Numbered from the stretch's first letter, positions 51,969 to 64,000 are shown. The stretch: DNA of 64,000 bases from Chiloscyllium plagiosum (GCF_004010195.1 NC_057719.1:86473286-86537285); one strand, 5' to 3'. Numbers and translations: made by a program. The notes: generated from the letters alone by a model not told the origin.

Positions 51969-53553
51969 ATATAGCTTTACCATATGTGCTTTATGCATAA
52001 ATCAACATGTCTTTTAATTGTCCACTGTCCGCATGATCGTTTCGTAATTGCTTCAGCTGTTTCTCAGGTCACTGCTGGGATTTCATTGAACAAGACTTTC
52101 CACTTGAGTGAGCTGTCTCAAACACTTTCACAGAAATGCATAAAACCTTTATAATGGCAAACACCCCTTTCACAAACTTTCCTGCAACTAAAGGTGAGTT
52201 AGACCATAAGACATGGGAGTAGAAGTAGACTATTTGGCCCAGCGAGTCTAGTCCATTAATCAGTGAGATCATGGCTCAATCATTCCTCTCAATCATTCCT
52301 TTTGATTAAAAGCTGTCAAACTCAACTTTGGATATACATAACAACCCAGCCTCTACATTGCTTTGTGGTGAAGAACTCTGCAAATTGATTACCCTCGTGA
52401 GGCATGCCTCCTCATCTCTGTTTTAAATGTGCAATCCCTTATTCTGAGATTATGTCCTCTGGTCCAACACTCCCACAAGGGGAAACTGCCTGTCAGAATC
52501 AAGCTGCCAAGGATCTAATTTGTTTTAAATTAAAGAATTGTGAAGGCTTACTGCATGGAAGAAGGCCACTCAGCCCATTATGTTTTGTGCAGCGGGCAAA
52601 TACTCAATCAGCTTAATCGTGACGTTGTGTTGCTTTGAATGGATTACCATGACCAAACTCTACCATGGTAGAGTCATACAGTCATACAGTCATGGTAATC
52701 CAGTTAAAATAAATATTCCCCTTTATCTTTCACAGTGCCATATCATATTCAAATCCACACTGTAGGTCTCAAACTTGTTAGCACAAATGCTTTTATGAGT
52801 GATCCAGTATTCTGGAGATATTTTTCATTACATGAGATGAGATAATAGTATGCTGACAAATGCTTGGGCATTCTGAAGATGATTCCTAGTGCATGTGGGC
52901 TCAAATGTACAAAATTAGTGTCTCCTTTGGTGAGATTAATATAAAAAAATCCAAATAACACTCCAATCCAACAGTGAAAGTTAGAATAGATTATTGGTGT
53001 GAAATAAATTCTGACTAGATTCATATTATGCTTCACATGCCAAGAGAATAGTTTGCAGCAAATTTAAAATTTTTCCTATTCCTCAATGTGATCCACACAA
53101 AAGGTAACTTCACTGAGAGTGTATTCTGTTTAGTTTGATACAAGCTAGTATACATGAAATAGTACCCAAACAAGATTCCTTAATTTTTTTTTAATGTCTT
53201 GTCTCATTAAATGGGAAGTGACCAAAATTTCCTTTTCAAAACACCTATGCAGTTGTTTCATAGTTCTACCACAAGATATGTGATGTAATATGAATGCAAA
53301 CTCGAGAATAATGGGATTTTCGTTTAGCTGTAGAAAAACTAGTTAAATAGCAAAGTGGTCATTTGCATTAATGACTTCTTACTGCATAATTCTTTACTAT
53401 GCTACAATTGTTCAACAGTTTAGCCCCTCCACTTGCAGATAAAAAGTGGACTTGAATGGTTATATTGTGCTCAGCTGACAAGAGGGACAAATGGACGACA
53501 ATTAAAAACTCAGGTTAAGTGGAACAAGCAGAACAACACTTCCAAATTTCACC

Positions 53554-53652
53554 ATGTTCATGAGAGTGTCAACACGAATTCTCCCGTGTGTGGTTAGTGT
53601 TCTGTTTAAATCAGAAGATATACCAAGAAAAGCTACGCCAGTGTCTTTTAAG
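53554..53652 (+). CDS. PLA2G4F: Probable first coding exon of cytosolic phospholipase A2 (group IV, zeta-like): MFMRVSTRILPCVVSVLFKSEDIPRKATPVSFK
   Basis: accATG context, open 99-nt frame ending at aag|gtactg, phase 0 compatible with exon 61352; ILPCVVSVLF resembles the hydrophobic N-terminal segment of mammalian PLA2G4F as recalled. Confidence 0.6.
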
Positions 53653-53976
53653 GTACTGTAACTTTGAACTTTACTCAACTGCATACACTATATTTTGTTG
53701 TCTTTTAGTTCCCTATGTTAGAAATAATCACGTTTTAAACTTTGAAAGGTTAGAGTTCTTTGTGAACAATACGTGGCATCTGGAAAGAAGACTGCGTTAG
53801 ACCAGTGTACATATTGCGCAACAGAACTCTCCAGTCCAGCTGTGAATGTGGCCCCTTGGAATACATACAAATAATGATGGGTGAAGGGTAACTAGTTCTC
53901 CATTTGATAGAGACAATAAAACAATATATTACATTCCACTTTGTTAAAAATGTAATGCCTCTATTGTTATAATTGT

Positions 53977-54295
53977 GGACGGCACGGTGGCACAGTGGTT
54001 AGCACTGCTGCCTCACAGCGCCAGAGACCCGGGTTCAATTCCCGCCTCAGGCAACTGCCTGTGTGGAGTTTGCACATTCTCCCCCTGTCTGCGTAGGTTT
54101 CCTCCGGGTGCTCCAGTTTCCTTCCACAGTCCAAAAGTGTGCAGGTTAGGTGAATTGGCCATGCTAAATTACCCGTAGTGTTAGGTGAAGGGGTAAATGT
54201 AGGGGAATGGGTCTGGGTGGGTTACTCTTTGGAGGGTCCTTGTGGACTTGTTGGGCCGAAGGGCCTGTTTCCACACTTTAAGTAATCTAATCTAA
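53977..54295 (+). mobile_element. HE1/V-SINE
   Basis: A and B boxes, V-like domain, (TCTAA)n tail. Confidence 0.93.
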
Positions 54296-54814
54296 TAATT
54301 ATGCATTCATTACATTTTCTAAACTATGGAGGATTACTAATCAACACTTTTTTTTAGTAATAACTGAGTTTTTTTAGTCTTTCATTACATTTTTTTTAAA
54401 TATGGTTCATTGTATTGCTTAGGTGATAAGAATATTATGCATCCAACTTGTAGATTTGACTTACAATTTTCTTATTGGTGAGTTGGAGTGCTGTAGAGGC
54501 AATGTTGATCTGGTGTTTCGAGAGCCATTTATAATTATGTTTCTGCTGTTGTTGATTGTGTCTGATTTTCCAGCTCAAGCACATTGAATATGGACTCTCT
54601 TTCATCTTATTTGCATATCAGCTTCTGTCTCAAGTATCATTGATCTTGTAGCCACAGCTTCAGCATAGTTTTGCTGGGTTCCACCTTTTCATGTACATGT
54701 ATAATTGCCCTTTCAATAATTCAGGCAAGAATTTGAAATGCGCATTGAAGCACTGACCATCTTCTACCTGCACTAAACCTATATTGTTCAGTGAATTCCT
54801 TAAATTGTCTGTAT

Positions 54815-55130
54815 ACAGGAGACAGTGGCTTAATGGTATTCCACAGTCATAAATCCAGAGGTCCAGATAATGTTCTGGGGACCTCAGTGTCAATTCCAGC
54901 ACAGCAGATAGTGGAATTTGAATTCAGTGAAAGAAATCTGGAATTAAATCTGATAATGACTGTGATATTGTCGATTTGTTGTTAAAAACAGAAACAAATA
55001 TGGTGTAGTAATGTCCTTTCCTTCATGCTTAGTGGCCTGTTCTAGCCTACATGTAACTTCAGCCCAACAGCAATATGGTTGACTCTTAATTGCCTTCTGA
55101 AATGGTCCAGCAAGTCATTACTGAATCAAC
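54815..55130 (+). mobile_element. Older tRNA-derived SINE
   Basis: agtggcttaatggta A-box-like start, decayed B box, body ending tggttgactcttaattgcc..ctgaaatgg. Confidence 0.5.
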
Positions 55131-55234
55131 TGCTCCAAAGTCTAAGGAAGGAATGAAACAAACAAACCATCTAGCATCGAAAAAGGGACAGAAACAAGCA
55201 ATGACAAACTCAGCCCTGTCAACCCTGCAAAGTT

Positions 55235-55757
55235 GTAAAGAAGGGTTACACCTGAAATGACGACTACTTCACCACCTGATGCTGCCTGGCTTGCTGTGTT
55301 CTTCCAGCCTCCTGCTTATCTACCTTGGATCCCAGTATCTGCAGTTTTTTTTTTGTCTCCTACTAATATCTAGGGGCTAGTCCAAAATTGGAAAAGCTGT
55401 TGCAAAGAATAGTCAAGCTTCAGTCAATTCCGCAACAAACTACATGAAAGCTCTGCTGTCCTGCCACATCTTAGTTATGATAATAGTTAAAAAAGAATTA
55501 AACAAGTCTTTAATCAAAGAATCATTTGCGGAGGAGTCTCTGCTAGCATCCACATCCTCAATAATCACATGGCTTAGCTCAGCCACAAAATAAATCTTTT
55601 AATGGCCTGATACAAACCATCTAAGCTGATTTAATGATGCAACAACATGCCCAAAATGTTGACTCTCCTCCTCAGATGATGTCTGACCTGCTGTGCTTTT
55701 CCAGCACCACACCTTTTGGCTCTGACTCTCCAGCATCTGCAGTCCTCACTTTCTCCT
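55235..55757 (+). mobile_element. Two decayed Penelope terminal-repeat fragments (about 55235-55355 and 55645-55757)
   Basis: gaagggttacacctgaaatg..gatgctgcctggcttgctg; gcccaaaatgttgactctcc..gacctgctgtgcttttccagc. Confidence 0.7.
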
Positions 55758-56399
55758 AACATCTTGATTGGTTTGTCAAATTTAAATCCTTCCGAGATTT
55801 AACTTTGCATCCCACCCAAAACACATTGTCAGCATGACTTTTTAGGTAGAAAGTTTTATTGAAAAGAAATAGGTAAAACATCCTATTTCTGCCCAAACTT
55901 TACTTAATTCAGTCAGGATGTAGTTGTTACCCTTTAAGTTAACTTATCCCCTCAGTTGCCATACCTCTCAGATTTGGTTCTTAACTTTTAATTCTCCATA
56001 TGGTTGTTCCTTTCAGTGAGAACTCTTAGTCCACAAGCTAGCTTAAATGTTCCTGACCCCCCTCTATGACTGACAATCCCTCCAGACTAAGATCACTACA
56101 GTTTGGCTGGAACCCTCATAATCTTCAACATTGTTTATCCTTCCAGTATTGATTATTGACCTGAGTCAGGCTGACAAGTCCTGACTCCCTCCTGACTGTA
56201 GTAAAGTTGTCCTCTTTTATTAAGATTCATTTCAAACATACCTTAACCACATCATGAACAACAGGAAATTGCTGAGAGCTAATCCTCCTGAGTATATTTC
56301 ACACTCGATCCAGTCAAGTATGATTAGTGATCCATGGAAAATGCAGTCCAGACAACCTGATCAGTTCACTGTGGTTCTAAACATCACTGCTGTTGTTGG

Positions 56400-57320
56400 T
56401 GATGATACAAGACTAGACAAAGGTTTGAATGATTTTTCTATACATAGTTGCTCCCAGACAACTTGGGCCAGATCCTCTTTTATTATATTAAAACTGGTCT
56501 TTCCCCAGTTCAGAGCCTTTACCTCCAATTCATCTTTGTCCTTTTTCATAACTCTCTTAAGTCTTTTTGCATTATGGTCACTATCATTGAAATGTTCCTC
56601 CACTGACACTTCTACCACTTACCTGCCTTTGTTCCCTAAAATTAGAACTTTCTTTAAACTAGATTAAAAATCTCCTGAGCCCATCTTAAGAAGTGTGCCC
56701 CCTCTGAGCCTTTAACATTTTGTCTATCCCAGTTAATCTTGGGGAGTTAAAATTCCCTAATATTACCCTTTAAATTTTATATTTCTCTGAGATTTGCCTA
56801 CGTATCTGTCCCTGTATCTCTCACTGTCTGTATGTTTGAGGATCTATTGTAGACTCCCAGCAATGTGATTACACTCTTTTTGTTTTTAAGTTCTATCCAT
56901 ATGGTCGAATTTGAGGAACCTTCTAAGATATCATCCTTCCTTTTTGGAGTGATTGACTCTTTAATCAAGATTGCGACACTATCTCTCTTACACCTGTCCC
57001 TTTCTTGATTGAAGTTTCTACACCCATCCTGTCCCTCCCTCAGCCATGTTTCCATGATAGCAATGACCTCACGTTACCACGTGCTAATCAATACCCTCAA
57101 TTCATCTGCCTTACTCACAAAACTCCTTGCATTAGCGTAAATGCTATCCAGACTCTCCATGCTCTCTTATGTTATAATCTGACTGTATATTCTCTGCCTT
57201 GCAAATGACTTGTTTATTTTTCTCTATGATTGCCTGTGTATCGTTCTCTACTGAATCTCCACTCTGTGAATCCCATCCCTTGCCAAGCCATTTAAATCCT
57301 CACTAACAGCACTGGCAGAG
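56400..57320 (-). mobile_element. CR1 endonuclease-region fragment
   Basis: ETWLREGQ, IWIELKNKK, VEEHFNDSDHN motifs. Confidence 0.82.
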
Positions 57321-57669
57321 TTAAGATTAAGCCCAGCAAGACTCTTCGGAACTTCTGAATTTTTTCTTCCCTATAAGTGCCTGTGCACCATTCTCTATTA
57401 AATCATCTCTCTTGAAAGAAGGTTTTCCTTAATGCAGCTTTAAAATCGAGGAAAACAACTTGCTCATTACTAATCAATCAGCTGTCTGTTTTGTGCTGCC
57501 TTTTATCAATCAGCCTTATCAAATTCTGGTGGGATTCCTTTGGAAGTTAGCTAATGCTACAATTGGCTCACTCTCTCACCCTATCTCCTGCTGATTTCAT
57601 AGCCACAAAATCTTCTGATCTCTGGCTCTTTCTACTGTTCGTTTTGTGGTCCCAGACGTAGCTTTTGGA

Positions 57670-59165
57670 GAGAATTATTAGGGATAAGCTCTGTTTTGCA
57701 CATTTGGAACAGCAAAGCCTAATTAGGGGCAGTCAGCATGGCTTTGTACAGCACCGGTCATGTCTTACTAACCTAATTGAATTTTTTAAGGATGTGACAA
57801 AAGTGATCAGTGAGGGTTGAGCGGTGGATGTTGTCTGCATGGATTTTAGTAAGGCTTTTCAACAAGGTCCCTCATTGTAGGCTCATCCAGAAAATTAAGA
57901 TGCATAGGATTCATGATGACTTGGCTGCGAGGATTCAGAATTGGCATGCCCATAGACAGAAGGTAGAGATGGAAGAGTGTTTTTCAGACTGGAGGTCTGT
58001 GACTAGTGGTGTTCCAAAGGGATCTGTACTGGGATCTCTGCTGTTTATGATATATGTAAATGACTTAGATGAAAATGTAAATGGGTGCGTTAAGTAAGTT
58101 TGCAGATGATGCAAAGAAGTTGTGGGTAGTGTAGTGTGGCAGGATGTAGATCAATTACAGATATGGGCAGAGAAATGTCAAATGGATTTTAATCCAGGTA
58201 AGTGTGAGGTGCTGCACTTTTGGAGATCAAAAATTAAGGAAAAATAATGGTAGGACTCTGAAAACATTGATGTACAGAAGTCCATACCTCCCTGAAAGTG
58301 GCCACACAAGTAGATAGGGTGGTAAAGATGGTGTATGGCATGCTTGCTGTTATTGGTCGAGAATTGAGTACAAGAGTCAGGATGTCATGTTGCAGCTTCA
58401 CAAGACTTTGGTTAGGCCATAGTTGGAGTACTGCATTTAATTCTGTTTGCCACATAACAGGAAGGATGTGGAGGCTTTGGAGAGGGTGCAGAAGAGGTTT
58501 ACAGGCTGCTTTGTAGATGTCGGTGTTGGACTGGGGTGTACAATATTAAAAATCTCACAGCATCAGGTTATAGTCCAACAGATTTAATTGGAAGCACTAG
58601 CTTATGGAGCGCCATTCCTTCACCACCTTATGAAGGAGCGGCGCTCCGAAAGCTAGTGCTTCCAATTAAACCTGTTGGACTATAACCTGGTGTTGTGTGA
58701 TTTTTAACTTTGTACCAGGATGCTGCCCGGATTAGAGAGTATGAGCTATAAGGAGCTAGAAAAACTTGGGTTGTTTTCTCTGGAGCAACGGATGCTGAGG
58801 GGAGACTCAATAGAGGTCTATAAAATTATGAGATGCATAGGTAGATAGATTTGAGGATCAGAATCTTTTTCCCAGAGTTGAAATGTGTAAAACTAGGGGC
58901 ATGCATTTAAGGTGAGAGGGGGTTAAGTTTAAAGAAAATGTGAGAGGCAAGATGTTTACACAGTAATAAGAGTATGGAACACACTGGGGTGGTGGTGGAG
59001 GAGGCAGGTACAATAGAGGCATTTAAGGGACTTTTAGATAAGCACATAGGCAAGGAATGGAGGGATATGGACCAATGGCAGGCAGAAAGTATTAGTTTAA
59101 TTTGGCATTATGTTCTCATCGTGGACTGAAGGGCCTGTTCCTGTGCTGTACAATTCTATGTTCTG
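57670..59165 (+). mobile_element. CR1 RT-to-3' fragment interrupted by a fold-back element
   Basis: [13 protein letters not shown] motif; ttctatg tail. Confidence 0.9.
58511..58715. mobile_element. Fold-back short element, family 2, with hammerhead-like core
   Basis: TSD-like cagg(c/a)tgct (58502, 58716); cac-CTTATGA-A-GGAGC(GGC)GCTCC-GAAAG-CTA/gtg at 58624-58658. Confidence 0.85.
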
Positions 59166-60691
59166 GCTGTGAATTTATGTAGTCATTCACAGCTTCAGCA
59201 CATCTTTCTCTCTCTTTTTCGGTATATTCCTTTGGCACTGTTTCACTGCATCAGCTCTGCTGCCTTTATCATGTGTTAATTGAAGGCTAGATATTTGCAT
59301 AGTCAGCATTTTTATCTGTCTGCTCCTGGCTTCACATGTTGTGGCAGTGTCTACAGCCTGTGCTGGTGAGCTTAAATGTAATTGTTTGTCTCCTGTCCAC
59401 AGAAAGATTTGTTCACCCTCTCTTTATTGCTTATGCCTTTTCAAAATCTAGACTATCAATTCTGTTTAAACTTCTTAAGATGTCTTTATGACAACACTAG
59501 CTTCCAAATTCATTGTGAGTGGTGCTTTCATTGTTGAGCCAGTCAACATTCAGTTGTTTTCACATAGTGCACTCAGCTTTTTAGTTTCTACATCTGTAGT
59601 ACTTATTTAGGTCAATTTATCCCAATTAGCATTAAGTTAATTTAAAATGTTATTTTGTTTACTCAAAGATGTTTTTTGTCACCATATTACATCTTCTCTT
59701 GCCTTTTGGTTCCCATGTGTTAGAAATAATCTTACTTTAGACTTTGTAAGGTTGGAGCTTTTTGTGTTTAATACAGCATGCCATGCTACCTGGTAAGAAG
59801 ACTGTCTGAGACCTGTATATTGTTGGATGTCACGTGGTTGACTCGTGCTGCCATTAGCCAAGCTATTCCAGTACAGTTATAAGAATGGCATCATAATAAT
59901 CCAGTATGTCCAGTCCACAAAAAGATGGTCTGCCCTTCTGGTTACAGTGTTGATATGACTGACCCAAGTCCCTTTCTAGTCATTATGTGTGGGGATTCAA
60001 CAGTAATAATGTCATTGAATGTCAAGGACTGATGACTGGATTCTCTATTGTTGGAAGTGGTCTTTGCCTGGCACTTCACAGAATCATAGAATTGTTATAG
60101 CTCAGAAGAATGCCATTCAGCCCATTATGCCAACAACAACTGTTCAAATGAGCTCTTCAAAATTCTGTGGTGCAAATGTTACTTGCCACCTATTAGCTGA
60201 AGCCTGGATATTATTCAGGTCTTGCTGGACTGCTTCATTACATGAATGTGGCTGAATGTTCTGAAATCATCAACAAACATACCTATATCTGACCTATTGG
60301 AGGGCAGGTCTTTGAAGCAGCTGAAGATGGTTCGGCGTAGAACACTATCCAGAGAAACTCCTGCAGAAATGTTCTGGAGCTGAGCTGATGTAGCCCTAGA
60401 AGCCTATCCACCATTTGCAAGGCACAAGTGAGATGTGTGATGGAATTACATTTGACTTGATGAGGTTTGCTCCAGCACCTTGCAGAAGCTTGACGTCATC
60501 CAGAACCTTGTAGCCTACTTGTTTGGCATCTCATATAGCACCTTCAGAAAGGTTCCTTGGACAGCACTTTCTAAACCTACAACCGCTACCTCCCAGCACT
60601 GCTGACTCACTGCTTCCCATAATGGCTGGTGTATAACCTAATTACATTTGTTTATTTAATTGTTCTTGTTCTCCTGGATAGTTCTGTAGTG

Positions 60692-61793
60692 GCAGTTGAT
60701 ACCTAATTTACCTGCAGCTAGATTAGCCTATAGTAGTTAATCGTTCTTCAATATGTACGACCTGAGACCAAAAGATCATAATACTGTTCTTTGGGATACT
60801 GTCAGACTTCAAATGCTTGACAACTTTCATATTATCTAAAACTAGAATGGCCTGTTCTCGTTTGCACAGAGAATTCCTTTCCCACCTCCTTTCTTAATAA
60901 ATCCAGCTGCAATAAACAGCAAAGGAAACTAACACAAATAATCCCTGCGACCCCTCCAACCAATAAACTATGGCGTATATTGTGTTCCTTCATTCTTTCT
61001 GGGTCAATATCCTGGGACTCAGTACCTAATAACACTGTGCATTTCTTGCACCACATAGATTTTACTTGTTCCAGAAAGCAACTCACCATCACCTTCTCGA
61101 GCACACTTGGATATGGGCAATAAATGACCATCAATGCACACATTCCCTTGCAAGAATAAAAATAGATCTGGATCTTACTGAATTATTTATTCACTATTTC
61201 AAATAGAAGGATAAAAAACAGAAAGTGCCAGAGAAAACAACATGCCTGGCAGCATCTGTGGAGAGACAAGTAAAGTTAACTTTTTGGTACCTTTAATTGG
61301 CATCAACTTTCACTGCATGATTTTAGGTAATAATGCTGCTTTCCTTTTCAGAAAGAGAGTCATCCTTACTATGACTTATCTGTGAAAATTCTACGAGCAA
61401 AAAATATTGTTGGAGGAGATTTCTGTAAGTAGTTACCTATTTATCTATTTGTGTATTTGTGAATCTGCTGATACTTTCAGAGGTTGTGCCTGTAATTGGA
61501 ACAACAGTAGAAATAATTGTGTACTAGCAGTTGATACCTATTTTACCTGTAGCTACTTTAACCTATAGCAGTTCACCATGCTTCAAACGTTTGTATAACC
61601 TGAGACCATAAGATCAATATTTTGTATACTGTTCCTTGGGATACTGTCAGATTTTGAATGCTTGACTATTTTCATAGTATTTAAAACTAGATTGGCCTGT
61701 TCTTGTTTGCACAGAAAATTCTTTTCTCACCTCCTTTACTTGACAAAACCAGTCACAATATACAGCAAAGGAGACTAACATGAATAATCCCTG
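60692..61793 (+). repeat. Diverged direct repeat of about 260 bp (60692-60947 and 61527-61793)
   Basis: Colinear blocks gcagttgatacct..acctgagacca..ttgggatactgtcaga..tggcctgttct..aataatccctg in both copies. Confidence 0.92.
61352..61424 (+). CDS. PLA2G4F: cPLA2 group IV exon, start of C2 domain (KESHPYYDLSVKILRAKNIVGGDF)
   Basis: ttccttttcag acceptor, gtaagt donor; 73 nt; peptide resembles PLA2G4F RETYPYYDLQVKVLRATNI; position downstream of VPS39 fits known synteny; paralog identity (E/D/F) not certain. Confidence 0.85.
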
Positions 61794-62142
61794 ATTCTTG
61801 CATGCAGTGAATCTCTAAATGTATGTGCAGGTATTACTTGGAGATATACCAGTTGTGTATTTTTATTTTGTAGAGATACGGTTTCTGATTTTCATCATCT
61901 TAATCTGGTATGTACAAACATAGCTTTTGTACAGAAGTAGGTCCCATAGTTTCCTTTTCATTTAAAAAGTTCTGAATAAATGGCCAAGAGGAGTCTTGAA
62001 AAATTTAGAAAAAGACTTGTTTCCTCGCAGTGCCCTATCTCTTCCTCCTCACTGGTACAATTTCCTGTACTGTGCTCCAACAATTCAGCATTAAATACCT
62101 CAATATCATTCTGATTACCTCAACCAAGCGTACAAAACTCAT

Positions 62143-63294
62143 TGGATGGCAGAGAGTCCCTGGAGTCTCATTGCAAAAATATATGGTGGGATTCATTATA
62201 TAGTGACATTATTGCGCTCAGTTCTTTTTAGTATTTCCCACTTCTCAGTACCAGGGAAGCCTGCGCATGTGGTAATGGTGAGGTATCAAATTCACAGGGA
62301 CCCACTGAAACACCAAATCTGTTTATAGCATTCAGTTGCTGAAAATCCTTAACCTGGATACCATTCGGATGAAACACAAATGGAGTCAGAGCAGCAATGC
62401 ATACCGCCCTGTCATTAGTCCATAATAGAAGTAATCACTTTCCAGTCACACAAAAAGACCTTATGAACCCATTTGTATATAATGTGTTTTCTCAATTCTT
62501 TAATGGATGCTCTAGTGTCGTGCTCCCCTTTGGTGTGCTGGAGACAGGCTGCTGCCCCTTTTCCTGGGAAAAGGTTTCTTGCTATCCACCCTGTCTAAAC
62601 TTTCCATGATTTTGTAGGCCTCAATCAGATCCCCACTTGACCTTCGTCGTTTCAATGAAAATAATCCGAATCTACTCAACTTCTCCTCATAGCTAGCACC
62701 GTCCATACCAGCCCTAGTGAACCTCCTCTGCACCGTCTCCGAAGCATCCACATCCTTTTGGTAACATGACGACCAGAACTGTATGCAGAATTCCGAAAGT
62801 GCCGAACCAAAGTCTTATACAATTGTAACACGACCTGCCAACTATTGTACTTAATACCCCGTTTGATGAAGGAAAGCATGTCATATGTCGTCTTGTACAT
62901 CAATTTTCTCTCATGTACATCTCTCTGTACATCAATTTTCCCCAGGACTTTTCCATTTACTGTATAGTTCTCTCTTAAATTGGATCTTCCAAAATGCATC
63001 ATTTCGCATTTGTCCGGATTGAACTCCATCTGCCATTTCTCTGCCCAACTCGCCAATCTATCTATATTCTGCTGTATTCTCTGACAGTCCCCTTCACTAT
63101 CTGTTACTCCACCAATCTTAGTGTCATCTGCAAACTTATTAATGAGGCAACCTACACCTTCCTCCAAATTACTTATGTATATCACAAACAACAGTGGTCC
63201 CAATACTAAAAAGAACTGAGCGCAATAATGTCACTATATAATGAATCCCACCATATATTTTTGCAATGAGACTCCAGGGACTCTCTGCCATCCA
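62143..63294. repeat. Perfect 93-bp inverted duplication (62143-62235 copied at 63202-63294)
   Basis: Base-by-base reverse complement. Confidence 0.95.
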
Positions 63295-64000
63295 CTGGTC
63301 ACAGATCTCCATTTTGAGAAGCACCCTTCCACTACTACTGTCTCCTGTTGCCCAATCAGTTCTCTATCCATCCAGCTAGAACACCCTGGACCCCATGCGA
63401 CTTCACCTTCTCCATCAGCCTACCATGGGGAATCTTATCAAATGCCTTACTAAAGTCCATGTATATGACATATGCAGCCCTTCCCTCAACAATCAACTTT
63501 GTCACCTCTTAAAGAATTTTATTAGGTCTATAAGACACCACCTTCCCTGCACAAAAACGTGCTGCTATCACTGATAAGCCCATTTTCTTCCAAATGGATA
63601 TGTATCCTATCCGTCAGTATCTTCTTCAACAACTTCCCTCCTCCTGACGTCAGGCTCACAGGTCTGTAATTACCTAGATTATCCCTGCTACCCTTCTTAA
63701 ACAGGGGACAACGTTAGCAATTCTCCAGTCCTCTGGGACTTCCCCCGTGTTCAAGGATGCTGTAAAGATATCTGTTAAAGCTTTAGCTATTTCCTCTCTC
63801 ACTTCCCTCAGTAACCTGGAATAGATTCCATCTGGACCTGGGAATTTGTCCAGCTTAATGCCTTTTAGAAGGCCCAACATTTCCACCCTCCTTATGCCGA
63901 CTTGACTTAGAGTAATCAAAGATCTAACCCTAACCTCAACATTCGCCATGTCCCTCTCCTCTGTGAATACAGATTCAAAGTACTCATTAAGAATCTCCCA
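62510..64000 (-). mobile_element. CR1 LINE ORF2 (RT), continues beyond the window
   Basis: GPLLFVIYI..KFADDTKIGG..WQMEFNPDKC and KFPGPDGIY motifs. Confidence 0.93.

Noticed and set aside
53420..53470. gataaaaag TATA/GATA-like motif within a short inverted repeat upstream of the cPLA2 ATG
   Set aside because: Too short and common to support a promoter call without transcription-start data
55840..56255. Possible minus-strand LTR-like segment
   Set aside because: Only an aataaa and general composition; no clear termini or TSD

Overview
This is vertebrate nuclear DNA, almost certainly from a cartilaginous fish, as inferred from the HE1/V-SINE, CR1(HER1)-like LINE and Penelope repeat content. 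It is not prokaryotic, and most ORFs in the supplied track are repeat fragments or chance ORFs. On the + strand, 11 consecutive GT-AG coding exons (3868-26369, phases consistent, about 391 codons) encode the C-terminal half of VPS39, a HOPS tethering complex subunit. The expected terminal coding exon was not found and probably lies in an N gap. Further downstream, two exons (53554-53652 and 61352-61424) start a cytosolic phospholipase A2 gene (PLA2G4F-like), matching the VPS39-PLA2G4F neighbourhood known in other vertebrates. Introns and intergenic DNA are filled with CR1, L2/Crack-like, Rex1, RTE, Penelope, SINE, Gypsy and pogo-like remnants, plus a decayed tRNA-Asn copy. The most interesting signal is a set of short (about 70-270 bp), TSD-flanked, mostly fold-back, Penelope-derived elements. 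Together with one coding Penelope end, they carry minimal hammerhead-ribozyme cores in three sequence families. One copy captured 105 bp of neighbouring DNA and another looks circularly permuted. A separate perfect 93-bp inverted templated insertion is also present. Repeat boundaries were read by eye and are approximate.
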